Shown piece after piece: positions 40,621-55,224 of a DNA stretch of 64,000 nucleotides (its first letter is position 1; the number at the start of each line of letters is the position of its first letter). Under the pieces are notes generated by a model. The model saw only the letters and a list, made by a program, of their open reading frames with translations. It did not search any database and was not told where the DNA came from. The stretch is taken from assembly GCF_009914755.1 (NCBI RefSeq), contig NC_060933.1; one strand, 5' to 3'. Source of the DNA: the human T2T-CHM13v2.0 reference genome, Homo sapiens. The translations under genes and the position numbers were made by a program.

Positions 40621-43600
40621 TTTTTTTTTCTTTATTTCTTCTAAAAAAATCGGAATACATATGCAGAACGTGCAGGTTTGTTACATAGGTATACGTGTGC
40701 CATGGCGGTTTGCTGCACCTATTGATGCATCCTCTAAGTTCCTGCCCCTCATCCCCCAACCCTCAACAGGTCCTGGTGTGTGTTGCTCTCCTCGTTGTGT
40801 CCATGAGTTAGTTCTCAATGTTCAGCTCCCACTTATGAGTGAGAACATGCAATGTTTGGTTTTCTGTTCCTGTGTTAGTTTGCTGAGGATGATGGCTTCC
40901 AGATTCATTGATGTCCCTGCAAAGAGCATGATCTTATTCCTTTTTATGGCTGCATAGTATTCCAGGGTGTATATGTACCACATCTTCTTTACCCAGTCTA
41001 TCATTGATGGGCATTTGGGTTGGTTCCACGTATATGCTATTTTAAATAGTGTTGCAATAAACATAAATGTGTATATGTCTTTATAGTAGAATGATTTCTA
41101 TTCCTTTGGGTATATACCCAGTAATGGGATTGCTGGGTCAAATAGTATTTCCAGTTCTAGATCCTTGAGGAATTGCCACACTGTCTACCACAATGGTTGA
41201 ACTAATTTACATTCCCACCAACACTGTAAAAGCGTTCCCTTTTCTCCACAGCTTTGCCAGCATCTATTGTTTCCTGACTTTTTAATAATCACCATTCTGA
41301 CTGGTGTGAGATGGTATCTCATTGTGGTTTTGATTTGCATTTCTCTGATGATCAATGATGTTGAGCTTTTTTTCATATGTTTGTTGGCCAGTAAATGGCT
41401 TCATTTGAGAAGTGTCTGTTCATATCCTTTGCCCGCTTTTTGATAGGGTTGTTTGTTTTTTTCTTGTAAATATGTTTAAGTTCCCTTTATTAAATATTAG
41501 AACTTTGTCAAATGGGTAGACTGCAAAAATTTTCTCCCACTCTGTAGGTTGCCTGTTCACTCTGATGGTAGTTTCTTTTGCTGTGCAGAAGCTCCTTAGT
41601 TTAATTAGATGTCATTTATCAATTTTGGCTTTTGTTGCAATTGCTTTTGCCATTTTTGTCATGAAGTAATTGCCCATGCCTATGTCCTGAATAGTATTGC
41701 CTAGGTTTTCTTCTAGGGTTTTTATGGTTTTGGGTTTTACATTTAAGTCTTTAATCCATCTTGAGTTAATTTTTGTATAAGACGTAAGGAAGGGGTCCAG
41801 TTTCAGATTTCTGCATATGGCTAGCCAGTTTTCCCAGCACCATTTACCGAATAGGAGATCATTTCCCCATTGCTTGTTTTTGTCAGGTTTGTCAAAGATG
41901 AGATGGTTGTAGATGTGTGGTGTTATTTATGAGGTCTCTGTTCTGCTCTGTTGGTCTATATGTCTGTTTTGGTACCAGTACCATGCTGTTTTGGTTACGG
42001 TAGCCCTGTAGTGTAGTTTCAAGTCAGGTAGCATGATGCCTCCAGCTTTCTTCTTTTTTGCTTAGGATTGTCTTCTTCTTTGATTCCATATGAAATTTAA
42101 AATAGTTTTTTTCTAATTCTGTGAAAAATATCAATGATAGCTTGATGGGAACAGCACTGAATCTATAAATTACTTTGGGCAGTATGGCCATTTTCATGAT
42201 ATTGATTCTTCCTATCCATGAGCATGGAATGTTTTTCCATTTGTTTGTGTCCTCTCTCATTTCCTTGAGCAGTGGTTTATAGTTCTCCTTGAAGACGTCC
42301 TTCACATCCCTTGTTAGCTGTATTCCTAGATATTTTATTCTCTTTGTAGCAATTGTGAATGGGAGTTCACTCATGATTTGGCTCTCTGCTTGCCTATTGT
42401 CAGTGTAAAGGAATGCTTGTGATTTTTGCACATCGATTTTGTATCCCAACACTTTGCTGAAGTTGCTTATCAGTTCAAGAAGATTTTTGGCTGAAATGAT
42501 GGAATTTTCTAAATATAAAATCATGTCGTCTGCAAAAAGAGACAACTGGACTTCCTCTCTTCCTATTTGAATACTCTTTATTTCTTTCTCTTGCCTGATT
42601 ACCCTCGCCAGAACTTCCAATACTATGTTGAATAGAAGTGGTGAGAGAGGAGGACATGCTTGTCTTGTACCGGTTTTCAAAGGGAATGCTTCCAACTTTT
42701 TGCCTATTCAATATGATACTGGCTGTGGATTTGTCAGAAATAGCTTATTATTTTGAGATATTTTCTATCAATATCTAGTTTATTGAGAGTTTTTAACATG
42801 AAGAGATGTTGAATTTTATCAAAGGCCTTTTCTGCATCTATTGAGATAATCATGTGGTTTTTGTCTTTGGTTCTGTTTATGCGATTGATTACATTTATTG
42901 ATTTGCGTATGTTGAAACAGCCTTGCATCCCAGAGATTAATCTGATTTGATCATGGTGGATCAGTTTTTTGATGTGCTGCTGGATTCAGTTTGCCAGTAT
43001 TTTATTGAGGACTTTCACATCAATGTTCATCAGGGATGTTGGCCTGAAGTTTTCTTATTTTGTTGTGTCTCTTCCCAGTTTTTTGGTACAAGATGATGCT
43101 GGCTTCATAAAATGAGTTAGGGAGGAGTCCCTCCTTTTCAGTTGTTTGGAGTAGTTTCAGAAGGAAAGGTAGAAGCTCCTCTCTGTATTTCTGGTAGAAT
43201 TTGGCGGTGAATCCATCTGGTAATGGGCTGTTTTGGGTTGTTAGGCTATTAATTACTGCCTCAATTTCAGAGCTTGTTATTGGTCTATTCAGGGATTTGA
43301 CTGCTCTCTGGTTTAGTCTTGGTAGGGTGTATGCATCCAGGAATTCATCCATTTCTTCTTGATTTTCTAGTTTATTTACTTAGAGGTGTTTATAGTGTTC
43401 TCTGATGATAGTTTGTATCTCTGTGGGGTCAGTGGTGGTGTCCCTTTTATCATTTTTTATTGTGTCTATTTGATTCTTCTCTTTCTTCTTCTTTAATAGT
43501 CTAGCTAACAGTCTATTTTGTTAAGTTTTTCAAACAAACATCTCCTGGTTTGTTGATTTTTTTGGAGGGCTTTTCATGTCTCTATCTCCTTCAATTCTTC

Positions 43601-46600
43601 TCTGATCTTGTCTGTGGACTGCATAAACAGAACCAAAGACAAAAACCACATGATTATCTCAATAGATGCAGAAAAGGCCTTTGACAAAATTCAACATCTC
43701 GTCATGTTAAAAACTCTCAATAAACTGGTATATATAGAACATATCTCAGAATAATAAGCTATTTCTGACAAATCCACAGCCAAGCTATTTCTTGTCTTCT
43801 GATAGCTTTTGGATTACTTTGCTCTTGCCCCTCTTTCTCTCTTTTTTTTTTTTTTATTGAGAAAGAGTCTCTGTTGACCAGGCTGAAGTGCAGTGGCATG
43901 ATCTTGGCTCACTGCAACCTCTGCCTCCCAACTTCCACACCCGATTACTTTTGTATTTTTAGTACAGATGGGGTTTCACCACATTGGCTACGCTGGTCTC
44001 AAACTCCTGACCTCAGGTGATCCACCTGCCTCAGCTTCCCAAAAGTGCTTGGATTACAGGCATGAGCCACTGCGCCCGGCCTCTCTAGCTCTTTTATTTG
44101 TGATGTTAGGGTGTCGATTTGAGATATTTCTAGCTTTCTAATGTGGGCATTTAGTGTTATAAATTTCCCTCTTAACACTGTTTCAGCTGTGTCCGCAAAA
44201 TTCTGGTATGTTGTCTATTTGTTATTGGTTTCAAAGAATTTGTTGATTTCTGCTTTAATTTCATTATTTACCCAGGAGTCATTCAGGAGCAAGTTGTTCA
44301 ATTTCCATGAAATTGTGTGGTTTTGAGTGAGCTTCTTAATCTTGAGTTTTAATTTGATTGCACTGTGGTCTGAGACTGTTTGTTATGATTTCAGTTCTTT
44401 TGCATTTGCTGAGGAGTGTTTTACTTCCAATTATGTGGTTGATTTTAGAATAAGTGCCATGTCACACTGAGAAGAATGTATATTCTGTTGATCTGAGGTT
44501 GAGAGTTCTGTAGATGTCTACTAGGTCCACTTGATCCAGAACTGAGTTCAATTCCTGAATATCCTTGTTAATTTTCTGTCTTGTTGATCTGTCTAATACT
44601 GACTGTGGGATGCTAAAGTCTCCCACTATTATTGTGTGGGAGTCTAAGTCTTGTTTTCGTTCTCTAAGAACTTCTTTGATGAATCTGGATGCATATATAT
44701 TGAATCTGATGTATTGGGTGCATATATATTCAGAATAGTTAGCTCTTCTTGTTGAATTGTTCCTTTTACCATTGTGTAATGGCCTACTTTCTCTTTTTTG
44801 ATCTTTGTTGGTTTAAAGTCTGTTTTGTCAAAGACTAGCATTTCAACCCCTGCTTTTTTTTTTTTTTTTTTTTTTGCTTTCCATTTGCTTGGTAAGTTTT
44901 CCTCCATCCCTTTATTTTGAGCCTGTGTGTCTTTGCATGTAAGATGGGTCTCCTGTATACAGCACACAGATGGGTCTTGACTCCTTATCCAATTTGCCAG
45001 TCTGTGTCTTTTAATTGAGGCATTTAACCCATTTACATATAAGGAGAGTATTGTTATATGTGAATTTGATTCTGTCATCATGATGCTATTTTATTATTTT
45101 GCACACTACTTGATGCAGTTTCTTCATAGTGTCATTGGTCTTTATATTTTGATGTGTTTTTGCAGTGGCTAGTACTGATTTTTCCTTTCCATATTTAGTG
45201 CTTCTTTCAGGAGCTCTTGTGGGGCAGGCCTGGTGGTTACAAAATCCCTCAGCATTTGCTTGTCTGGAAAGGATTTTATTTATCCTTCACTTATGAAGCT
45301 TAGTTTGGCTGGATATGAAATTCTGGGTTGAAAATCCTTTTCCTTAAGACTATTGAATATTAGCCCCCTATATCTTCTGGCTTGTAGAGTTTCTGCTGAG
45401 AGGCTTGCTGTTAGTCTGATGGACTTCCCTTTGTATGTGACCTGGCCTTTCTCTATGGCTGCCCTTAACAGTTTTTCCTTCATTTCAACCTTGGAGAATC
45501 TGATGATTATGTGTCTTGAGGTTGATTTTCTCATGAAGTATCTCAATGGTATTCTCTGTATTTCCTGAATTTGCATGTTAGCCTCTCTTGCTATGTTGGG
45601 GAAGTTCTGCTGGATAATATCCTGAAGTATGTTTTCCAGTTTGTTTCCATTTTCCCCATCTCCTTCTGGTACACCAATCATTTGTAGGTTCAGTCTTTTT
45701 ATGAAGTCCCATATTTCTTGGCGGCTTTGTTCATTCCTTTTCATTCTTTCATCTCTATTTTTGTCTGTATGTCTTATTTCAGTAAGGTGGTCTTCAAACT
45801 CTGATATGCTTTCTTTGACTTGGTCAATTCAGCATTGATACTTATGTATGCTTCATGAAGTTCCTGTGCTGTGTTTTTCAGCTCCATCGGGTCATTTATG
45901 TTCCTCTCTAAACTGTTTATTCTAGTTAGCAATTCTTCTAGCCTTTTATCAAGTTTCTTTGCTTCTTTGCATTTGGGTATACATGCTTCTTTGCATTGGG
46001 GTAGACATGCTCCCTTAGCTCAGTGTAGTTTTTATTACCCATCTTCTGAAGCCTACTTCTGTCAATTTGTCCATCTGATTCTCTGACCAGTTCTGCACCC
46101 TTGAAGGAGAGACATTGCAATCGTTTGGAGGAGACAAGGCACTCTGGGCCTTTTGAGTTTTTGGCATTTTTTTGATGATTCTTTCTCATCTTCATGAGTT
46201 TGTCTAGTTTTGGTCTTTGAGGCTGCTGACCCTTGGATGGGATTTTTGTGGGGGCCTTTTTGTTGTTGTGGCTGTTGTTGTTACTTTCTGTTTGTTTTTC
46301 TTTCAGTAGTTAGGGCTCTCTTTTGTAGGGCTGCTGCAGTTTGCTGAGGGTTCACTTCAGGCCCTATTCATCTGATTTTTCTCCTGTGCCCAGAGATGTC
46401 ACTCAAGGCGGTGCCTCCCTTGGCTGGGGGAAGGGGGTTTCCCTTCCCCGTGTGGCTCTCAGGTGGGCCTTCTCTCCATGAGTCACGCCAGCCTTCTAGT
46501 CAATTTTGACGAGAGAACCTGGATACCTTGGTTGCTGGTGAAGGATTCACATGCTTATTATGTTTTTTCGTTTTTTTTTTTCTATGGGAGCCTCCAAACG

Positions 46601-46627
46601 TCGCTGCTTCTAGTCGGCCCTCTTCGG
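40621..46627 (-). mobile_element. Near full-length L1PA8-like LINE-1, inactive: 3'UTR ~40621-40830, ORF2 remnants to ~45081, ORF1 remnants ~45150-46195, shortened 5'UTR
   Basis: ORF track shows RT ([10 protein letters not shown], 42024-42695), endonuclease (SILSLYVNGLN/IQETH-like, 44644-45081) and ORF1 (QPRISYPAKLSF) pieces. The 3' end matches the recalled L1PA8 tail. Multiple stops and frameshifts. Confidence 0.95.
43842..44081 (-). mobile_element. AluS with a ~55-60 bp right-arm deletion, nested in the L1
   Basis: actgcaacctctgcctccca jumps to ccacacccgattacttttgtattttt; ends gagccactgcgcccggcc. Confidence 0.9.
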
Positions 46628-46629
46628 GA

Positions 46630-47290
46630 GGTGTTTTATGTGTATATCCATTTATTTATTCCTCCATCCATCCAGTAATTCATCTTCTTTGATGCATTTT
46701 AAAGTAAATTGTGGACTTCAGCATACTTCCTACTAGAGACTTCAGCATGCATAACATTAAATAAAACGAATATCTGTCCATCTTTTTTCTTTTGATGAAA
46801 AAATTATTTTCATAATATAAAATTCTTATGTGTACATTCACTGAATGCTGACAAATGTATACATCTGTGTAACTCAAATCTCTGTCAAAATATAGACTAT
46901 TAACATTACTGCAGAAATATTCCTCATACTCTCTCCCATTCAATCTCTACTTTCACCTTCCCAGAGGCAACCACCATTCAGATTTTTTCCATTCTAGAAC
47001 TTCATGTAATTGAATTCATACAATTTGTACACTTATGTGACTGATTTCTTTAGCTCTTTATGGTTATTGCTTTTGATGATACAAGTAATCTTTGATTACC
47101 ACCGAATCAAAAAAATCCCTCCAAGTTTTCCTCTAAAAGCTCTATAATTTTAGCTATAGAATCATATATATATATAGTTCATTTTGAATTAATTTTTGTG
47201 TATGAAGCGAAAGTCAAGGTTCTTTTCTGTAATATGAATATCCAGTTATGCAGTATCATTTGTTGAAAAGACTTCTCCTTTTCAAGCGAG
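46630..47290 (-). mobile_element. L1ME-type fragments; the first continues the remnant at ~40520-40620 that the L1PA8 interrupted
   Basis: tgatgcattttaaagtaaattgtggacttcagcatacttcc; tccagttatgcagtatcatttgttgaaaagac. Confidence 0.6.
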
Positions 47291-48814
47291 CAACTACCTT
47301 TCCACTATGTATTGCTTACCTTGAATTGTACTACTTAAAAATACCTTTTATTCATTTGCATATTTTATATCCTTATTTATTTTTAAGAGAATTGTAAAAT
47401 GAGCAGTTTTTTAGTTAATCAGTTCTATAAAACCTGCCTTATCCTCTCCAGCAGAAGCGAGTCATAATTGACCAGTTGAATCTGGCCTATGTTGTCATTT
47501 CCCTATAATGGACAAAGGATGTTTATTACACAGAATACAACAGCATTATACACTCTAATGAGTCAGAGATCCAGGAAAATTATGATTTAGTGTTAATTCA
47601 CATGATACTTTCTTTAGTGCTGCTTACTAGCTGTAGTTTATGGCTCAATTCTTACCACTCCCTGAAAGTTACTCTGCCCTCAACAATTCTGAAGAACTTA
47701 TTCCCAGAAAAGCAGGTTTCTCTCACCTCCAGATATTTGTACATGCTCTTATCTTTGCCCGTAATGCCTCTATCCTGATTTCAGAGCAATTCCTTTTACA
47801 CCAAAGGAAACCTTTCTCAATCCCCCATCAGTGTTAAATAGTCCCCCCTAGCTTCCCCTATGGCTTCTTGGCATTAGATATATTTATCCATATTCCTCGA
47901 ATTATTCTTTCTACGTTTCTCTCTCCTCCCCACACATAGCCTCCTTAACATAAGCCTGAAAAGCATAAATCTATTCTATCTTTCTTTGCACCCCTGTAAA
48001 TTATGACAACCACAACAAGAGTAGATTTGCTGAATGAAAGAATTTGAATTTTCTGAGGTAGTTTAAATTTCAAGTCTCTTCTACCTTATCAATTAGTATA
48101 TTTATATTTACAAGATCTCACAGATTGATCACTTAGTCTGGGAATTTTAGGCATCTTTTTATACCATAAACTGGGGAAAAACATCTCCCTTAAAAGAATT
48201 TTAAAAAGACATTTGTAAATGTACCTAGTGCATATTCTCAAGTTTCCTTATACATGGATATCGAACTAATGATTGTAGAAACACGTTTCAAGTACATATT
48301 CTCAAAGAACTGTGTTAAATGTAGCCTATTCTTTTCCAAATGTTGTTTTCTCCTGGTATACTATTTGAGATTCTGAAGATAAAACATACAAATAAGTAGA
48401 TGGAGTCCCAATTTTGCTATTTATCAGCTGTGTGAAAGTATCAGTGAGGACAGTTGGGGTGATGTTGCAATAACAGAGAAGCTGAAAAATCACAGTGGTC
48501 TCACTCCCACAACAAGACTAATCATAAGTCAGCTGCAACCCTATTTCTTGTTGCCATCACTCTGGGAATCAGGCTAGTGAAGAAGCCTGTATTTAAAATA
48601 TTGCCAGTCATCAAGACAAAGGGAAAAGAGACATGGAGAACCACACTGTTAACTCTTGAAGCTTCTTCCTGGGAATGCTGCATGTCACTTCTATTCACAT
48701 TTCTGATAGCCACCTCTGAGTTCATCAGGGCAGGATACATAATCCTCATGCAGAGAAGGAAGTTGAAATAGTGTGTTTCACAAAAGCAATTTAGTCTACC
48801 AAGTAAATAATCTT

Positions 48815-48978
48815 GGGGAAAACATGTATTCTGTGTTAGTTTCCTCATCGATAAAATGACAATAATGCAATGATGATAGTAACTACTTCACAGGGTTATG
48901 TGGATTAGCAGAGATAATAAATTCAAAATACTTAGTATAGTACCTGACATGTAATTATTACTCAGTAAGTGTTAGTTT
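48815..48978 (+). mobile_element. MIR SINE
   Basis: agtttcctcatcgataaaatg...acttcacagggttatgtggattag...cttagtatagtacctgacatgt. Confidence 0.8.
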
Positions 48979-51084
48979 AAAAAATAAAAGGGGAGGAATC
49001 TCAGTTTCTGTATCTGTCAAATAAGTAATAGACTAATTGATACCCATAATATCTGGGACTTCAGCCAGGTGGTTAGAACAACTAGAGATTACTAGAATGG
49101 CTCAATTGTGGACATAGGTCTTGAATCTCTATTTTTCTCCATGTGGAGTCTTTTGGGGTTGAAAATATCCAAAACGACTCCCTCACTCACAGGTTCATTC
49201 CCTGAGCTGGGATAGCTGTAACTTCTGGGGGCTGGCCAACATGGCTCTCTAGCCACACATGGTGGGCCCAAGGTAGCCTTACTTCTTATATAGCAGCTGG
49301 CTACGCTCAGAACAGACATTTCAAGAGAGAGTATTCTAAAAGGCCCAGAAAGATGTTATAAGGCTTCTTAAGACATAGCCTGAGTTCCAGAACCTCAGTC
49401 TCACTGCATACCATTAGTCAAGCATATCACTAAGGCCATTAGGGTTCTTATCTCTTTACTAAAGTTGAGTGAAGAACTTGAGTGGGTGTTGTTAGGGGAA
49501 TACATATTGTAGTAACTGTGTGGTGGTTTATTTATTTTTTGTTTATTTATTTTGTATTCCTTGTGCTTACTTTTCATCTATATATCTTCTTTAGTGAAGT
49601 GTCCATTCAGATTTCTGGCCCATTGTTGAACTGAGCTGTTTGTTTTCTTATTTTGAGTTTTGAGATGTTTTAAAATGTATAGTTTAAATAGAAGTCCTTT
49701 GTCAAGTATATGATTTACAATTATTTTTTCCAGTCTGTAGTTATCTTTTCACTCTCTTTGCAGCACTTTTGTAGAGCAAAAGTTTTTACTACTGATAAAG
49801 TCCAGTTTGCCAAGATATGTTTTCTTTTTCTAGATCATGGTTTGGCATTATATCTAAGAAAATTACTTAACTCGAGGTCACAAAGATTTTCTGCTATGTT
49901 TTCTTCTAAACGTTTTGAAGTTACATTTTAAAGTTAGCTCTCTAAACCATTTTGAGTTAATTTTTGCATAAAGTGTGAGACAGAGGTTATGCTTCCTTTT
50001 TTTTTTTTTTTTGTATAGGATGTCCAATTGTTCCATACTATTTGTTGACAAGACTATCCATTTTTCCATTGAATTGCCTTCATGCCTTTGTCAAAAATCA
50101 ATTGCCCATATTGGGTATATTTTTGGACTCTAATTTATTCATTGATTTATATGTCTATCTCTTTCCTAATGTCACACTATTTTTATTACTGTAGCTTTAT
50201 AGTAAGTTTTAAAATAAGATAGTTTGGATTCTCTAACTTTGTTTTTCTTTTACAAAATGGTTTTGGCCATTCTAATTCTTTTTGCCTTTCCTTATAAATT
50301 TTAGAATCAGTTATTTAAATATGCAAAAAATTATTTTGGTATTTTGATTTGAATTGCAACTAATCTATAAATCTACCCGGGAAGAATTGGTAGCTTAACT
50401 GTGTTGAGTATTCCAATCCATGAGACCTGTATATCTCTCCATCTATTCAGGTGTTTTTTGTTTCTTTTTTTAAGTCAGAATTTTGTACTTTTTTGTGTAC
50501 AGATCCTGTACATTCTATTAGATTTATACTTAAGTATTTCACTATTTGGTGCTACCATAAAAGATATTTTATTGCAGCTGTTCATTGTTTATTGCAAGTA
50601 AAAAGAAATATGATTGATTTTTATATACTGACCTTGTATAACAGGAACTTTTTAGACTCACTTATTAGTTCTAAAAGTTTTTGTGTAGATTCCTTTGGAT
50701 TTTCTAGGGAGACCATCATGTCATCTGAAAATAGGAATAATTTCATTTTTCCCTTTCTTATGTGTAAATTTCTGATTTTTTCTTGCCATATTGTACTGTC
50801 CAAGACTTCTGGTTGAATAAACATGAAGAGAGTGGATATCCTTCCTTGTTCACAGTCTTAGGAGTAAAGAGTTTGGCCTTTCATCATTAAGTATAATGTT
50901 GATTAAAGGTAGATGCTATTTATCAGTTTAAGAAAGTCCTCTTCATTTTCCTGGTTTCTTCAGAGATTTTACCATAAATACATAATACATTTTATTAAGT
51001 ACTATTTCTGCATGAATAGTTATAATCATCTGATTTACCTTTTTAATCCATTATGATGACAACCTTTATGAATAGTTTTTTAAG

Positions 51085-51224
<140 letters not shown>

Positions 51225-52729
51225 TAAATGCTGAACTATCTTGCATCTCAAGATAAATTTCACTTGGTTGTTATGTATTGTTCTTTTTATATAAGTCTAG
51301 ATTTGATTTGCTAATATTTTGTTGAGGATTTTTGTGTCTATGTCCATGAGGGAAACTGGTCTCTAGATTTCTTTCCCTGTACTGCCTTTTTACATAAAGG
51401 TAATTCTGCCCTCATAAAATAAATTTGGAAGTACTCTTTCTTTAATTTCCTGGAAGATATTATATAGAATTGGTGTGATTTCTTCTTTTAAAATATTCAA
51501 TACAATTCACCAGTGAAATCATTTGGGATTAGAGATCTCTGTTTTGGAAGATGTTAAACTATTAATTCAACTTCTATAATAGGCATAGATCTATAAAGTG
51601 AGAGTGAGTTTGGTATCTTGTGGCTTTCAAGAAAATGACCAAATTTATGTTGTTGAATTTATGTACTTAGAGTTCTTCTTGGTTTTCCTTTATCAGCCTT
51701 TTAATGTCTGTAGTGATACATCATCTTTCACTGCTGATAGTAATAATTTTGTCTTTTCTCTTTTTTTACCTGGTCATTCCAGCTGTATGTTTATCAACTT
51801 TATTAGTCTCTTCTAGAAAAAAAGCTTTTGATTTCATTGATTTTTGTCTCTATTTTGTTATTTTTTCTATTTAATTGATTTTGGACCTTATGTTTTTTTC
51901 TGATTTTTTTGGGTTAGTGTTGCTTTTCATCTGCTAGTTTCTTAAGTAGATACTTACCTTGTTGATTTAAGACTTTTCTTCTTTTCTAATGTAATCATTT
52001 AATGCTATAAATGTCCCTCTGAATGCTGCTTTAGCTCCATTACATACAATTTTATATGTTATATTTACATTTTAGTTCAGGTCAAAATATTTCCTAATTT
52101 TCTTTGAGGCTGTCTCTTAGATCTCATGGATTATTTAGAAGAATATTTTAACTTACACTTATTTGAGAATTTTGCAGATAGCTTTTTGTTATTGATTTCC
52201 AGTTTAATTATATTAGTGTCAGAGACTATATTTCATATGAATTCAATTTTTAAACATTTGTTAGGTTTTATTTTTTGACCCAGACCTGGCCTATCTTGGT
52301 TAGCGTTTCATGGTCACTCAACAGGAAATTAAAATCTACAGTTGTTTGGCAGAGCGTCCTATTAATGTCATTACATCCAACTGGCTGCTGGTTTTATTCA
52401 GTTCTTTATACTGGCTTTCCTTCTGTCAGCATGTTTCATCAATTACTAAGAGAAAAGTATTGAAGTCTTCACAGCCATAATTGTAGATTTGCTTATTTCT
52501 TGTTTCAGTTCTCAGTTTTTGCTTCATGTGCTTTGAAGTTTTGTTATTAAGAACATACACATTCAAAATCATTAGGTGTTTTTTGTGAATTAACTTTTAT
52601 TGTTATGTAATGCCCTTTTTTATTCTTGAAAATTTTCCTTGCCCTGAAGCCTACCTTTTCTTATATGAATATGCTCTTCCAGCTTTCTTTTGATTAGAGT
52701 TTGAGTTGCATATCTCTCTTCAACCTTTT

Positions 52730-53028
52730 ATTTTATTTGTTTTTTTGAGACAGCTTCTTATTCTGTTACCCAGGCTGGAGTGCAGTGACATGATCTCGGC
52801 TCATTCTAGCTTTGCTCTCTCATGTTCAGGTGATCCCGCCACCTCAGCCTCCCAAGTAGTTGGAACTACAGGCACACACCACCATGCCTGACTAATTTTT
52901 GTATTTTGTGTGGAGATGGGGTCTCGCCATGTTGTCCAGACTGGTTTCTAATTCCTAGGCTCAAGCGATCCACCCATCTTGGTCTCCCAGAGTGCTGGGA
53001 TTGCAGGCATGAGCTAAGGCGCTCAGCA
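52730..53028 (-). mobile_element. AluJ
   Basis: tgagacagc...caggctggagtgcagtgacatgatctcggc ... ctcccagagtgctgggattgcaggcatgagc. Confidence 0.9.
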
Positions 53029-55110
53029 TCCTTTTATATTTTAAACCTATGTAACCTGTTTAAATCTAACAGAGATAATTGATTTGTTGTTGTTGTTTTA
53101 GCAGGCTGATTAGATTCTCCACATATTTTTGATTCACATTCCGTGGACTATGATTCCAATGTTAGTTCACTATCCAAAGTGTTTGCAATACAATTTACAT
53201 CTTTCTTGTGTGCCTGCCACCCAGTGACCAGTCTGGGACTTAGACTGTAGTCTACCCCAAAGTTCAGTTGTCAAAGCTTTTGATACACTGTTTAGCATCA
53301 GACCTACCCTGGCTCTTGGATGAGCCCAGGAATTCATACACATTTCATGAGATTGTTTCCTCAAGCTGCTTCTCTTCTGGATCTCTCCAGCACTCCCCAG
53401 CACTCAGGGGCCCTCTTTTCTGGGCTTCTGGCTAGACAGCCTGGGCTTTCACTGTTCTGCTCTACTGAACACTTCCCATGACTCAACTGGCCTGCAGGGC
53501 CAAATGGCAAGAGGATAAAGAGGGGGAAAAAGTAACAGTTTCTCCGCGTTCTTTTTGGATCATAGGTCCTCTGGTCAGAGAGTAGAATCCCCCTCCCTTA
53601 GAGCTTTACGCATTTGCTCACAGCTGACACCATCATTGCCCCATACAACCCCAAATGGTGCAAAAATCAGAGCTCAGCAACTGGTGCTTGTTTGGAGGCA
53701 GGGGTGGTATAAAAAGAAAAGAACAAAATGAAATGAAACCAAAAACACAATGTTTTATTCCCCAGTCTCTCTGTCCTTAGGAGCTCCTTTTTTCATTTCT
53801 TAGACAATACAAAGAGGTTTCTTTGGAACATTTAGGGCTTTTACCTAGTACATAGTTCCCGATTTGGGCTTCGTTTAAAGTTCAAACAAGAAATATTGAA
53901 AAACAAAATTAAGCAAACAAGACAAAATAACGAACTAACCATGAGATCATTTATACGGTGTATTATTTTCTTTCCTAATCTGCCTATTACCACCTGGGTC
54001 TGAGTTCTCAGAAGCATTCTGTTTAGGTTTTCAGTTGTATGCAGTGGGGAAGAAGAAGTTAAATATGCTTGCTCTATCTTATCTTGAGCTGCAGAGTATC
54101 ATATCAAAAGCAATTTGAAAGTGTAAAGTTTCGTTGTTCCTTGCAGGTTTTCATATATTTTGTTTTGACATGACATTAATTCCAAATATGAAACTGCTCG
54201 AGTTGCATAAATACAAAATAAATATATATTTTTTATTATTTTGATAAAATGTATCTCAACATTTATTTAACAAATAGGATTCCTAACTCTACTTATTTGA
54301 ATCTATGTTTAACTATTTGGATTTAACATACATATTTGTATTGGAAGGAGGGGAGAAGACTGAGCTCATTATCAAGATTATGATTACTTTATATATTTTA
54401 GGGACTAGATTTATGTTTCTGAAAATCATATTCACCTAAATTTTAACAGCATTTAAAGTCAACTCATGTGCCTAATATGGATTAGAATACACATATTTAC
54501 TCAGCTGGATGAGTATAATATCAGCACTGGCAGTTTAGGATTGGGGATAACAGATTAACTTTAGTCTGTTTATCACAAAGCACAAGGGTTGTGTATCTAG
54601 ACAGTATTCCCTCTTTGTAACAGCTACTTATACACAAGCAAAGACATAACTAATGAATTATGTAGATCATATGAAGCTCAATTCATGACATCTGAAGTAA
54701 AACATTATATACAATTCAAAGTTTATAAAAGAATCTCAAATTTGTTCCAAAAACAGGAGAAAATATTCAACAAACCCCATAGCAGAATTTTGGGAGAAGT
54801 GTTAAACCTCTCTCCCTATAGGCTCAAATGACTTTTTCAGATTTTGTGGAAACATTTTATTGAATGTTTTTATAAGAAAGTTAAACGTATTACATACAGT
54901 CTTTATTGTGTGTCTGAAAGAATACTAGCTAAGCACTCTTCAACAATTAGAAATGAAATCAACAAATTACATTTTCCATGGCATTTGTCTATTCTGAACC
55001 TCTTTTTTTTAGCCTGGGTCCTTAAAAAACTAGAGTAGTCACTGATAAGCTTTGGCAGTTATAAATCTATGGAAATTTTAGGCCCATTTTTGTACAATTT
55101 TAAAAAGTTT

Positions 55111-55224
55111 GATAACGGGTTGATAGGTGCAGCAAATCACCATGACACACATATATCTATGTAACAAACCTGCATGTTCTGCACATGTATTCTGGAACTT
55201 AAAATAAAATTAATTTTTAAAAAA
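55111..55224 (+). mobile_element. Very short L1PA 3' terminal fragment
   Basis: gggttgataggtgcagcaaatcaccatg...tatgtaacaaacctgcatgttctgcacatgta + A-rich tail. Confidence 0.88.

Noticed and set aside
42024-46195. Longest ORFs (223, 154, 145, 110 aa) as new genes or an active retroelement
   Set aside because: They are broken pieces of LINE-1 ORF2/ORF1 with stops, frameshifts and nested insertions.
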